Shown in pieces: positions 31,397 through 43,121 of a stretch of DNA of 64,000 nt (positions are counted from its first letter, which is position 1; the number at the start of each line of letters is the position of its first letter). Source of the DNA: Naegleria gruberi. Lineage: Eukaryota. The notes beneath the pieces are model-generated. The model saw nothing but the letters and a program-made list of their open reading frames with translations. It had not been told where the DNA came from and did no database searches. The stretch is from the NCBI GenBank assembly GCA_000004985.1, contig GG738884.1; one strand, 5' to 3'. A program made the position numbers and the translations under genes.

Positions 31397-34300
31397 TTAT
31401 TTATCTTCACGTCCTGGTGAATAGGCAGGAGATGATGGACTATAGCTTGGACTAGTTGGTGAATAGCTAGGACTGGTTGGAGAATAAGCAGGTGAAGATG
31501 GACTATAACCACCACCAGGATTGTAACTTGGACTGCTTGGTGAATAGGCAGGAGAAGATGGTGAATAGTTTGGACTGGATGGTGAATAAGCTGGTGATGA
31601 TGGTGAATAATTTGGACTGCTTGGTGAATAGCTTGGACTAGTTGGTGAGTAAGCTGGAGAAGATGGACTATAACCAGCACCAGGACTTGTAGCACGTGGA
31701 CTAGTTGGAGAGTAAGCTGGTGATGATGGTGAATAGTTTGGACTTGTTGGAGAATAAGCTGGTGAAGTAGGCGAGTAAGCAGGAGATGTTGGTGAATAAT
31801 TTGGTGAAGTTGGTGAGTAAGCTGGTGATGTAGGACTGTAATTTGGACTTGTTGGTGAATAAGCTGGTGAAGTTGGTGAATAGTTTGGACTACTTGGAGA
31901 ATAAGCAGGTGAGGTTGGACTATAATTACCTGGTGAGGATGGAGAATAGCCACCTTGATGTCCAGGAGAAGTTGGAGAACTAGCAACTGGAGAGAATGCA
32001 GAATTATAAGGTGAAGGACTGAATCCACCTTGGTATTCTGGTGAAGGAGTTCTTCCAAGAGGAGTCATTGCACCTTGAGTCCATGGACTTGAAGCACCAC
32101 CATGATATGGGGTAGCAACACCACCATGATAAGGTGTAGCCAAACCACTTGTATGATAAGGTGTTGTTGCACCAAGACTTCCATACATTGATTTAGTTTC
32201 AGTAACAAAGCTTGGTTTAACAGCAACAGCTTGCTTCAATAATTCTTCATCCAAATACAAACCAAAACAACCAGTACCAATTGGAGCCAATTGACCAACC
32301 ATAACGTTAGCAGAAACACCCTTCAAAGTATCAGTATCAGCAAATGTAGCAGCTTCAATAAGAATTTCAACAGTTTCTTCGAAAGAACATCTCATCAATG
32401 GACCAGTGTCACTACGATTAATACCGTGACGAGTAATAGCCATCAAACCACCTCTGTGAGTCATAACATCACACAAAATGGCCAAGTGACGATAGTTAAC
32501 ATAAGAACCGTCAAATTCAATAACCTTTCTCATTTCTCTCATGAGGGCATTTCTACATGCTTCAATACCCAAAACATCAAGAATTTCATTAACATCGTTA
32601 GATGTTGTAATAGTATGATCAACATAAGGGTGAGATAAGACAGCCAACAAGTTACATCCTTCAGTATCCAAAACCCATTGTTTAACAGTAGCAACACCAG
32701 AACTGCTGAAAACCTTCTTGTCATTTTCTTCTCTCAAAAAGACCTTCTTGAGATCCTTATAACCCTTAAGGGCCAATTCGTTCAACATGTTTGATTCGAG
32801 TCTTCTCAAAAATTCAACAGTACTATTTTCAATGTCTTCTTCTTCAAGCTTTCTGAGAACTTCATCACTTGGATCCTTTGCAACTTGAGCATCCTTTTCC
32901 TTTTCTTTATCATCCTTGTGAATACGAACAACGAGAATAAGTTTGTCAGCGTTATCGTCAGAGTAGAAACAAGTAATGTCGTTTTGGAATTCTTCTTGAA
33001 TCTTCTTAGCAACTTGAGCCATAGTCAATGTGTCACTCATCATCATCTTGTCAAGTTCAAATCTGAGAGACCATGGATTGAGAGTAGTTGAATCCAAAAC
33101 TGCTGTATCCTTGAGTTCTTCCAACAATTCTTCTATGAATTCTCTATCTTCTTCAATAACAGAGTTTGCTGGCTCTGGATCGTAAACAATTGAAGTAGCA
33201 GCAGTAACATGTCCAAGAGTAGTATATTCCAAATCTTCCTTAACCATCTTGGCCTTTTCAAAGTCACCAATATATTCATTATTCAAATAAATAGTCAAAC
33301 CTGGAGTCTTAATATTCTTGGCAACGTTCAACAATTCCTTCAAACGAGGAACACCCAAAGTAACGTTCTTTGAAGACACACCGGCAAAGTGGAAAGTATT
33401 CAAAGTCATTTGAGTAGCAGGTTCACCAATAGATTGGGCAGCAACAGAACCGACCATTTCACCTGGTTGAGCCAAACAATTGTGGAATCTCATTCTAATT
33501 TCACCAACCAAAAAGTCAAAGGCTTCTTGGGTAAGACACAATTCTTTAAGAACAACCTTTGAAGAGAAGGTTGATCTCAAGAACATACTGAAAAGTAAAG
33601 TTGCATTAGTTTGAGCTTCAGTTGACAATTCATCAGTACCCTTGATAACAACCAAGTCGTCACACAACTTCTTAATCTTTTCAATAACATAAATAGGATT
33701 CATGTCTGATGGCTTACCAATACTTGGATGGATACCATATTCTTTTTGAGCATTCTTAATAATACGTTTCAAGTTGACAGGCATGACAATCTTATTTTCA
33801 GCATTAGGGAAGATTTCAGTACGTAAAATGTGACGATCTTCCATCAAAGTCTTGTATTCTTCACGGACCTTTGAGAGATAGGTTGCAGGATCCTTCAAAA
33901 TTTCATCATAAACCTTAGTAGAAATGAAAGACTCCTTAAGAATACCACCTGATGGCATTGAAACACTAGATTCAGTTGGGTTTGTGAAAGAAGGAGAACT
34001 ACCAAGAGAATTGTACCAATACTTGTCTTGGAATTTAGCATCACTCAAATTCATAATATCAATTGATTGAGATTCAACCTTGTGGGCATCCATACCATCT
34101 TCACCATACAAGAATTGGACAACATTACCTTGAGCATCACGGACAGTACCATCGTACTTGACCATGATATCTTCCATAGCCTTTATCAATCTTCTTTGGA
34201 TATAACCAGTTTCAGATGTCTTGACGGCAGTATCGATCAAACCTTCACGACCACCCATAGTGTGGAAGAAGAATTCTTGAGGAGTTAAACCTCTGAGGTA

Positions 34301-36897
34301 ACTGTTAGCAACGAAACCACGACTTTCAGGACCATGGTCATCTTGGGCAAAGTGAGGTAAAGTTCTATTACGGAAACCATAAGGAATACGTTTACCTTCG
34401 ACGTTTTGCTGACCGACACAAGCAATAATTTGTGAAATGTTAATGTAAGAACCCTTAGAACCGGCTGTCACCATGGACTTGATGTTATTGTCATCCTTCA
34501 ATGACTTCTTAGCCTTGTTACCAGCATCTTCTCTGGCCTTGTTAAGAACCTTGTTAACTTGATTTTCGAAAGATTGTTGAATAGTTCTACCAGCTTCAGC
34601 TCTCAATTTACCTTCTTGAGCATCCTTGACAATAAGTTTGACGTCCTTTTCGGCTTTTCTAATAGTTTCTTCGATTTGTTCCATAGTAGCTTTATCGGCA
34701 ATAGTGTCACCAATACCAATACTGAAACCACGGTTAATAAGCCAATGGTTAATAACTCTTTGACATTGGCCCAAGAATTTCTTTCCTTCATTAACACCCT
34801 TTTCATTGACAATAATGTGAATCAATGAACCGTGAGAAGAACCTAGAGATTTCTTGTCCAAAACACCTGAAACTAATTCACCTCTGTCAATTAAAACCTT
34901 TGTATCAAATTCAGGTATGTCGTGATCCAAGTGATCTTTCTTATCGGTCAAATCTTCGTGGGTTGATGATGTATTTTCAAGATTGACTTTTGGAAGAAGG
35001 AATGTGAAAAGTTGTTTACCAGTCCACAATGGTTTTGGTTTCAAAATAGCTGGAACAGGTAATTTACCATCAAAATCAATCAAGTGCATTAAGCAATTCA
35101 TCATTAAATCTTTAGCAATAAAGACATCACGACGTGTAAGTTTAGAAGCAGCCAATAAAGTATCTTGGACAAGGGCAATAACTGGTCTGTTACTTTGAGG
35201 AGTAATAATATTCCTAGGGACCATCATTAATTCTAACAATTCGGCTTTTGTTTGAAGAGATTGTGGAACGTGCAAATTCATTTCGTCACCGTCAAAGTCA
35301 GCATTGTATGGGGTAGTGACTGACAAATTCATTCTGAATGTACTGTAAGGCATGACCTTAATTCTGTGACCCATCATAGACATTTTGTGGAGAGAAGGTT
35401 GTCTGTTGAAAAGAATAACATCACCATCTTGTAAGTGACGTTCAACTTTGTAACCATATTCCAATTGAATTTGATCGTTAGCTTTTCCTGAAGCAAATCT
35501 CAAATCGATACGTGTACCATCTTCACGAATAACATACTTGGCACCAGGATAAGTTAAAGGACCATTTGTAACTAATTCATTCAATCTTTCAAAATTGAAA
35601 GGTGTAACAATTTCAGGTACTGTCATATTTGAAGCAACAGTACGAGGAACACCAACTTGATCAATATCAATATTTGGATCGGCAGTAATGACAGTTCTTG
35701 CAGAAAAATCAACACGTTTACCCATCAAGTTACCTCTGACACGTCCTTCCTTACCCTTCAATCTTTGTCTGATTGACTTTAAAGGTCTTCCACTTTTAGT
35801 TGTAGCTGTTGGAACACCTGGATATTCATTATTCACATAGGTAGCACAGTGATATTGTAACATTCTAACCATTTCTTCCATTTGATGAAGTGGTGTACCT
35901 GACTTTTCATTCTTTTGAATGGCAGCATTAGCCTTGATAATATCTGCAAGTTTGTGTGTCAAGTCATCTTCAGAACGATCAGCTGAACCGTGGTGAACAC
36001 TTGGACGAACCTGTGGTGGAGGAATAGGTAAACATGTAAGAATCATCCATTCTGGACGAGCATTATCCTTATCAAAACCTAACAATTCCAAATCCTCAGC
36101 AGGAATTCTCTTAAAGATTTGAAGAGCACGTTCTGCTGTCAATTCTTGTTTTGTTAATTCTTGTTTAGCTTCGGCGCTAGTATCCTTCTTATATTCTGCA
36201 AAAATCTTTAATCCATCTCTGGAAATCTTAGGTTGGAGACCACCACAACCATTTCTTGGTTGGAAAGTTGGGTCAATATTAGCTTCTTGATTTTGTTCAT
36301 TTTCCTTGTTTCCTGTTTCTATTATACATTTGTCTTTTCTACACAGATCGATCATTTCTTTGAATCTTTTACGTCTGTTCACGAATTTTGATGCCTTCTT
36401 AAATTGTAAGCTACTCTTATCCGCTAAAAGTTTACCACAATGAATACACACACTTTGTAGCACCTTCACTACTGTATTAATAAAGAGAACATTAAACACT
36501 GGATGTATTCTAACGTGGCCAAAGTGACCAGGACATTCTGTAGCGTTACCTCCACAACTATTATTGTTAATTAGTTATTATTATTAGTGATGTTGTTGTT
36601 GTAATAGTTTGTTATCATTGTTGATGAGAGAAATTATGAAGAACAGGATTTTTGTATTAAAGATTAGAGGCTTGTTAAATTTCCTCCAAATACTTACGTC
36701 AGACAAGAAAGATGGTGATCAATGGTACCCATACGAAGATCCATCAAACCACTTTCCTTTGGTTTTCCCTTTTCTTGTGTTTCAGCGTGAAGCACTTCAC
36801 AGACAGACATCTTTTCAATAACTTCAGGATTCAAGATACCGAATTGAATTCTATCAACTCTGGCCAATTCGATTGGCGAGAACGAGAAGAGAGACAT
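31397..36897 (-). CDS. RPB1: DNA-directed RNA polymerase II largest subunit RPB1. Two exons, 36698..36897 and 31397..36557; intron ~140 nt with GTAAGT...AATAG. C-terminal domain of ~24 heptads.
   Basis: Exon 1 MSLFSFSPIELARVDRIQFGILNPEVIEKMSVCEV...GLMDLRMGTIDHHLSCL joins exon 2 T-CGGNATECPGHFGHVRIHPVFNVLF... Universal RPB1 motifs follow (NADFDGDEMNLHVPQS and others). CTD [28 protein letters not shown]... ends at 31397. Confidence 0.95.
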
Positions 36898-37477
36898 TGT
36901 AAAGAAGTTTTATAATTAGTGTTCGATGATTAAAATTTGCTAACAACAATCACACACGGGTAGAGTGTTTTTGATGTTTGCGTATTTTTTTTAAAGAAAA
37001 AAGCGTGGTTGTTTTATTTTAATTTTTTTTGAGCAACTGTTGCTGCAGATTGAATAGCGATACAAGGCTGGTGAAGAATGTGAAGTTTATGTTGTTTGCT
37101 CAAAGCAGCTTCAAGAGATGTTTATTCGTACTGACAATATTCTTAGTATTTAATACTTGCTATTCATCTTCCACAATATTTGATCTGAAATACAAAGTAG
37201 AGACTCAATTTAATTAATTTTTTTATGTAATTTTCCAAACGTAACGGTTTTGTGGCTAGAGGTACATACAGGAGGTTAGTACCACACCCATCTAATAAGA
37301 AAGTAATATTAACAAAATACCAGAACAATGATATTAAGAATAGATGTAATCATATAGTGAAGGTGATCTTGAACTTTAATATTACAAACCAATATTGAAT
37401 ACAATAATAACAACAAAAAAATCTTCCTTCACCAAATTAATTCAATCGTTAAGCTGCTATTCATCAAATCATCACAG

Positions 37478-39038
37478 ATGTTGAAAGCAAATAATGATGG
37501 AAAGGAAATTACTTTTCGGTTCAACTCTCTACAAGTTTTATCCAAGACACCAACCCTTCTCTCCTTGGAAGAATTGGTAGAAATTGAGAAACAATCTTCT
37601 GAAGACGAATTATCAGAACAGGAATTAGAACTCACTCCAATAGCAACAAGTTTCCACAGTGGTTGTCTGATTCATGCTCCTTACAATCAGCTTATCATTG
37701 TTGGAGGATGCTTTGATGAAGATGACGAGTGGTACGAGGAAGAGTCTTGTACCAATGAAGTAATGTCATTCAATTATATGGAAAATAAGTGGAAGTTGCT
37801 CTTTAGCAGAGTATTGAATGATGATGAAAGTACTAGTACAACAGTTGAGGAAAGTGATACAAACAATGTGCAAGAACAAATCTCTCATATTAACATCTCA
37901 TCCGATGAACAATATTTGGAAAGAATTGTACAATCACCAATTATTCAACAATCATCATCGACAGCAGAAAGAAGAAGTAATACTCCTCCTAGAATTTGGG
38001 GACATTCCTGTTCTTACAGTCCTCTCACAAGAAGTCTTTATGTCTTTGGAGGAATTAACTATCACGATGAATATAATGAACATTTGTTTTCCTTCTCATT
38101 GGATAGAAGAGAGTGGAAGAAGATTGATGCACAAAAAGACTCATCAATGGAGGAGCTTCCCTGTGGAAGACAAGGACATAGAACAGTCTACATTCCTTCC
38201 ATTCACAAGATGGTCTTATTCGGAGGCTTTTCTAGTTCTCATCTTGATGACTTTTGTGAATTTGATGTTAGAAATAATACGTGGAGTCGAGTTGAAGAAG
38301 ATCCAGCTTTCCTAATGAATAGACCAAGTTGTAGAGAAGTTTTTAGTATGATTTATGCTGAGAATAGAAATTCAATTATCATATTTGGAGGTAAAACTGA
38401 AGATGAGAGGTTTGTTATTTATCTAATAATTAATTTTTAATTCCAAAATTTTATTTAATTTTTAATATTATTTTGATTAATATGATACTATTATTTAAAA
38501 TGGAAAAATTGGAATTTGAAAATATAGATATTCGGATTTACGTGAATTTTCCCTCACAACAAGAAGGTGGACACTACTTTATCAAGGAAAAATCAAAAAA
38601 ACCAACCATAATGGTAACACAAAAAAAGTAACAAAATTATTCAAGGATATTCCATCGGAAAGAAGTAGTCACACTGCAGTCTATTTGGAAAATTACCAGA
38701 AAATGATAATTCTGTCTGGATATGATGGCGAGGAATGGTTCTGTGATTGTTACGAATTTGATTTTAATACCATGCAATGGGATGGAATTAAATTGGAAAC
38801 AAAAGACTTACCAGATACAGATAGAGAGATCTTTACTAAGGGATTTAGTAGTCATGTAGCTGAATTTAACAATATTACTAATGAAATGCTCGTTTTTGGA
38901 GGTTGGGATGGTGAAATAGATAGTAATATCTTATTCTCTATCAAGATTCCAAGCTATCATTCAGTTGCAATGAAATTTAAATTACTCAGCATGAATGATT
39001 TATTCTCAGATGTTTCCATTCACTGTAATGAACATTAG
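37478..39038 (+). CDS. kelch-repeat (beta-propeller) protein. Two exons, 37478..38409 and 38567..39038; intron 157 nt, GTTTGT...AAG.
   Basis: Repeated kelch units (LIIVGGCFDEDDEW; SLYVFGGINYHDEYNEHLFSFSLDRREW; HKMVLFGGFSSSHLDDFCEFDVRNNTWSRVE; SIIIFGGKTEDE; MIILSGYDGEEWFCDCYEFDFNTMQWDGI; MLVFGGWDGEID). Splicing joins ...FGGKTEDE-R-WTLLYQGKIKK...FKDIPSERSSHTAVYL, restoring the W / P..R..H.a kelch consensus across the junction. Confidence 0.7.
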
Positions 39039-39079
39039 CTGTTAGAGTCTCTTTAAAGAGAGACAATTTCAGGATTTTA

Positions 39080-40642
39080 TTAGATCATTAGGAGAGCACT
39101 TTCTTCATCAAAGTGGACTTTGAGGAATCTTTGTACAATTCTTCTTCCAAAAGCATCCATATCGAGAGTGAGATCAAACTGGAGCACATTGAGGATTTCA
39201 ACTTCTAATTGATTGAATTCTTTGAATGTAATTCTCTTGTGATCTTCTCTCTTTCTACAAAGACTACTGAATAATTTGAAATAAGTCTTGCTCTTCCAAT
39301 AATTGTCCTCATCATACATTTTACTGGACAACATGACACAAATACACATGATTGTTTTCAATTCATTCCTATTGAAGGAATTCCTTAATGAATGATCCTT
39401 ATTGGATCCATCGTGCTGACCTTTCAAAAGTGGAGAAGAAACTCGTTCATTCTCCAACAATGAAATAACCTTTTCGAAATATGACAAGCCAACAACAATA
39501 CACTTTGGATCTACAATCAATTTGAGGAAGATAATTTCAATGAACTTTCTCCAATAGATTTCTTCAGATTTACGGAGAATGGTCTTGTGAATTCTGCCCA
39601 ACATGTGAGGAGACAAGTTGTTATTGGCGCACTTCTTTTCTGTTCCATTCGAAACTGAATTGAGCTCATTCTCCAATTCCCACTTTGAACAACACAATGG
39701 AGATTGAGTTACAACAGAATAGATCATCTTGGTACAGAGTTGAACTACCAAATCGAATTGATCGACAGCCAACTCATTCTCACTCTCAATTAATCTTAAA
39801 GCCATTTGGAAATTCTTCTTAAAACCTGTGCATGTTTCTGGAGAGGTTTCCAGCTGACCACGTTTTCCATTCTCAAAATCTTGTGAGGAAGTTGAAGATT
39901 TGGAAGATTGATTTTGAACCAATTGAGTATTTTCCTCTCTTTCTCTCAAGAGAAGAGTATCTAACTTGAGCCAATTACCTCTTTCCATTGGAATTCGATG
40001 AGGTTGATATCTGGCAGCCCATTTCATTTCCTTTTCGATAATTTTCACATTCTGAACCCAATCTGTTGAAGGTAAAGTGTGTGACTTGTTGTGGTGATGG
40101 TGACCATGGTGGTGATTTTGATGTGCTGTCGATCTCTCTTGAGCCACATGTCCACCATGATGGTTATGTCTACTTCCATTTGTTGCACCACCACTTTGAT
40201 TCGAAAGTATATTAACAGAAATTGATTCTGATTGTTTCATTTTCTGAATTTCTTCCCAAGTCATTTCATTATTAGATTTGTTAAGGAATTCCTGGAGAGA
40301 AACAAAATCCTCATCATTGAAAGAAGGTTGTTTTCTCTCGTGTATTGAATTTACACCTAAATTTCTAGCAAGTCCTTGACCAGTAGTCGATGACATTTGA
40401 TTTGAATTACCAGTGCTTGCTTGATCTTTCATCACTACATCGGAATCATCGTCACAATAATCAAGTACTTTCTGCGCTTTTTGTTTTAATTCCCTCAATT
40501 CATTCAATTGAGAACAATACAATTGATGAAGTTGAATTCTTGCACTTGATTTACATTCATGAGAAGTATTAAAATAATGATCGTGGACAGGAGAAGGCAA
40601 CCAACAGAGTGGAAAGAAGAAAGATGGATGAATGGATGGCAT
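39080..40642 (-). CDS. cyclin-like protein (PHO80/PCL-type cyclin fold in the C-terminal third) with a His-rich low-complexity centre, 520 aa
   Basis: C-terminal segment FIEIIFLKLIVDPKCIVVGLSYFEKVISLL...IMCICVMLSSKMYDEDNYWKSKTYFKLFSSL...ITFKEFNQLEVEILNVLQFDLTLD resembles the PHO80-like cyclin box (..L.SK...D..Y.N..W......E.N.LE...L..L.F.L). ATG verified. Confidence 0.45.
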   Translation of the reverse strand: MPSIHPSFFFPLCWLPSPVHDHYFNTSHECKSSARIQLHQLYCSQLNELRELKQKAQKVLDYCDDDSDVVMKDQASTGNSNQMSSTTGQGLARNLGVNSIHERKQPSFNDEDFVSLQEFLNKSNNEMTWEEIQKMKQSESISVNILSNQSGGATNGSRHNHHGGHVAQERSTAHQNHHHGHHHHNKSHTLPSTDWVQNVKIIEKEMKWAARYQPHRIPMERGNWLKLDTLLLREREENTQLVQNQSSKSSTSSQDFENGKRGQLETSPETCTGFKKNFQMALRLIESENELAVDQFDLVVQLCTKMIYSVVTQSPLCCSKWELENELNSVSNGTEKKCANNNLSPHMLGRIHKTILRKSEEIYWRKFIEIIFLKLIVDPKCIVVGLSYFEKVISLLENERVSSPLLKGQHDGSNKDHSLRNSFNRNELKTIMCICVMLSSKMYDEDNYWKSKTYFKLFSSLCRKREDHKRITFKEFNQLEVEILNVLQFDLTLDMDAFGRRIVQRFLKVHFDEESALLMI

Positions 40643-41360
40643 GTTTTTTGATTTGTTTTTAAAGTTGTTGTGTTATTGTTTTTTCTGAAAGAACACAATC
40701 AAATATGTTTGAGATTAGATGTTGGATAATTGGAGTTTACAAAACGAATTTTGAAATTTGTATTTTGGATAATGGATAGTTTACAATGAAAAGTTTCAAT
40801 CTTGACGTTTTTTTTGAGAATTTGCAAGTTTGCATGAATTGAATCGTTAAGAAGAAAACCTATTCAACGTGTGCATCATGTGTCTATATTTATGGAAAGA
40901 CAATAACTATTAGAAAGAAAGTAAAAAAAGATCTTGGCCAAAGAATGAAAAGGAAGAATGAGAAGTAGTTTCAAATTAGAGTTACCACTTTATGTTTGGA
41001 ATGTTTCCTAAAATGGTTCTATTTGAAGAGATTGATAATAATATTATTGATGGGTTATATAATTGTTACTTGAATCGCATATGAAGAGTGAATGGAAGAT
41101 GAGAAAGAGTGTCAGCCAAATCACCATTTTCATGAATTAATTTAAAAATGGAAAGTTTTTGATTTTTGAATCTTGGCTCGAAAGAATTGAAGAGTTTTAT
41201 ATAATTTTTAAAATGACTTTCATGTATGTGATTCTTTCATGTATTTGATGATTGAAATGATACAAACTAAACAATAAGATGAGCTTTAAATTAGAATTTT
41301 TGTATTCCTATTATGTATCAATAACGATATATAAATAATATTTTTTAAAATATTGTGTAA

Positions 41361-41434
41361 GCAGCGATAGATCAGTTGGTTAGATCGTAAGCCTAACACG
41401 CTTAAGGTCGCGGGTTCAAGCCCCGCTCGCTGTA
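41361..41434 (+). tRNA. tRNA-Val (anticodon AAC)
   Basis: GCAGCGATAGATCAGTTGGTTAGATCGTAAGCCTAACACGCTTAAGGTCGCGGGTTCAAGCCCCGCTCGCTGTA. Anticodon arm TAAGC-CTAACAC-GCTTA, T-loop TTCAAGC, acceptor stem pairs (one G-U). Confidence 0.8.
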
Positions 41435-41474
41435 AACTTTATATTTTAATATATTGGTTTTTGCTTTACAAAAA

Positions 41475-43052
41475 ATGCACTATGATGCCAATCTCCCTCT
41501 CATATGCAGTGATGGAATCTACCTCACCATCTTTTCACAATCAATCCACAACACGAATCCACTCCGATTTATTAGAAATAATTTTCCAATTTCTTCCAAA
41601 TTTCTTTCTCTTGAGTCCTCCGATCATTGCCATGTGGAGAACATTTTCAAATTTAATGGAAATGATGAGAATATTGTTGATCAATTAATTCAACAATTAG
41701 TATTAAATCGATTCTTGAAATTAAAAGTTTTGGGTGGAATGACAACTTTTGAATTATTATCAGAGATTGTGAGTGCTAATAAGAATGGAAAATATTTTGG
41801 ATTTTATGGAACGAATCCACAAATAATTGTTGAAAAATTGGGATTAACTTATCATGTAAATGAATGGGCATGTCTATTCGAAAGGTTGTGGAGTTATTGT
41901 TCCTGTGGAGAGAAATATCCAGAAAATCCTCAAAAATTACAATTGGATTTGAAACAATTATTGATGGTGAATGAGTTGGTGTCTCGTTTCAGTCCAATAC
42001 TTTGTAATAGATTGATGAATGGAGGAGGATTCGAATCATTAGTTTTGAATTCTCCACTCGAGTTTAGTTTATTATATTTTGAAGATTTTGATTGTAAATT
42101 TTACAAACAATCACTTTTGTACAATTATTTTATGCCAGATGATAAATGGAATGTGGATTTTTCAGAAACAGTTGTTAGAGTGAGAGGAGAATTGGTCAAG
42201 AGAAACAATAGAATTGAATTTCATCCTTATTTGAATTGGTTTAGTCAACCAACTGAATCTAAACAAGTTAGAATGAAAGGATGTGAAAATTATTTAAAAA
42301 TTATGAAAGAAAAAGGAAATCTTGGTGAACACAGTGAAGATTTTCTCCAAAGATATTGGTTTAAAGCATGTGTCAGAGAAAGTGAACTATTCTATTCCTA
42401 TGCAAAGAATGAGAGTGGTTTGTATGGAAGAGTTCTTAATCTAATCAATTCAAAGAATGGAGAAATGGCAAGAGCAGATGGAAATATCAATGAATACTTG
42501 GCTGTGAAATTTCCAAAATTGTTTCGACATCAGCGATTTGGACCAACTGAAATTGCTAAATGCAACATTAGTTTGAAACCCAGGACTAATTATATCAGAG
42601 CTCTCATTATTCCACAAAATATTTCTGAATTGGTTTTTGCAATTGGAGGAAGAGCACTTGTTTCCACAATTTTATATTATAATGATTGGTTTTTCACTTG
42701 GAAATATTCGATTCAATTTTTTAAAACCAATAACTTTTCATTTTGGGGAAAGGTTTCGTTCATCATGTTGGATTTATTGACAGTGGTAGGATATCCATTT
42801 AAGGCAATGTATAGTCTTTATCATGGTTTTTGGTTTCACCACCATGTTACTCTATTCGAAACGTTTTTATACCTTTGCTTGGCTGTTTCCTACATGGATC
42901 TATTCAAATATATGTATTCGTTTAGATTTACTAAAAAGATATGGGAAGGTTCTTTCATTCAAAATAATGAGCAAATCAAGTTACTCAACTGGAATGAAAC
43001 AACACGTCATTATCCTAACTTTTACAAAAAACCGCCTTTGAAATTACAGTAA
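41475..43052 (+). CDS. hypothetical protein with C-terminal transmembrane helices, ~525 aa
   Basis: The ORF-track start at 41454 is TTG; the first ATG is at ~41475. Long ORF; hydrophobic helices near the C-terminus (LVFAIGGRALVSTILYY; VSFIMLDLLTVVGYPF; LFETFLYLCLAVSYMDLF). No recognised domain. Confidence 0.35.
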   Translation: MHYDANLPLICSDGIYLTIFSQSIHNTNPLRFIRNNFPISSKFLSLESSDHCHVENIFKFNGNDENIVDQLIQQLVLNRFLKLKVLGGMTTFELLSEIVSANKNGKYFGFYGTNPQIIVEKLGLTYHVNEWACLFERLWSYCSCGEKYPENPQKLQLDLKQLLMVNELVSRFSPILCNRLMNGGGFESLVLNSPLEFSLLYFEDFDCKFYKQSLLYNYFMPDDKWNVDFSETVVRVRGELVKRNNRIEFHPYLNWFSQPTESKQVRMKGCENYLKIMKEKGNLGEHSEDFLQRYWFKACVRESELFYSYAKNESGLYGRVLNLINSKNGEMARADGNINEYLAVKFPKLFRHQRFGPTEIAKCNISLKPRTNYIRALIIPQNISELVFAIGGRALVSTILYYNDWFFTWKYSIQFFKTNNFSFWGKVSFIMLDLLTVVGYPFKAMYSLYHGFWFHHHVTLFETFLYLCLAVSYMDLFKYMYSFRFTKKIWEGSFIQNNEQIKLLNWNETTRHYPNFYKKPPLKLQ

Positions 43053-43121
43053 ATCTACAGTTAACTAACTTGGTTTTTATAGTTGAAAGATAACGTTTAT
43101 TATCCATTCGAAAATGATTCA

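Noticed and set aside
31381-32058. 225-aa minus-strand ORF rich in LHQL/VQ repeats overlapping the RPB1 CTD
   Set aside because: It is an alternative frame of the CTD heptad-encoding DNA repeats; the RPB1 frame is the biologically supported one.
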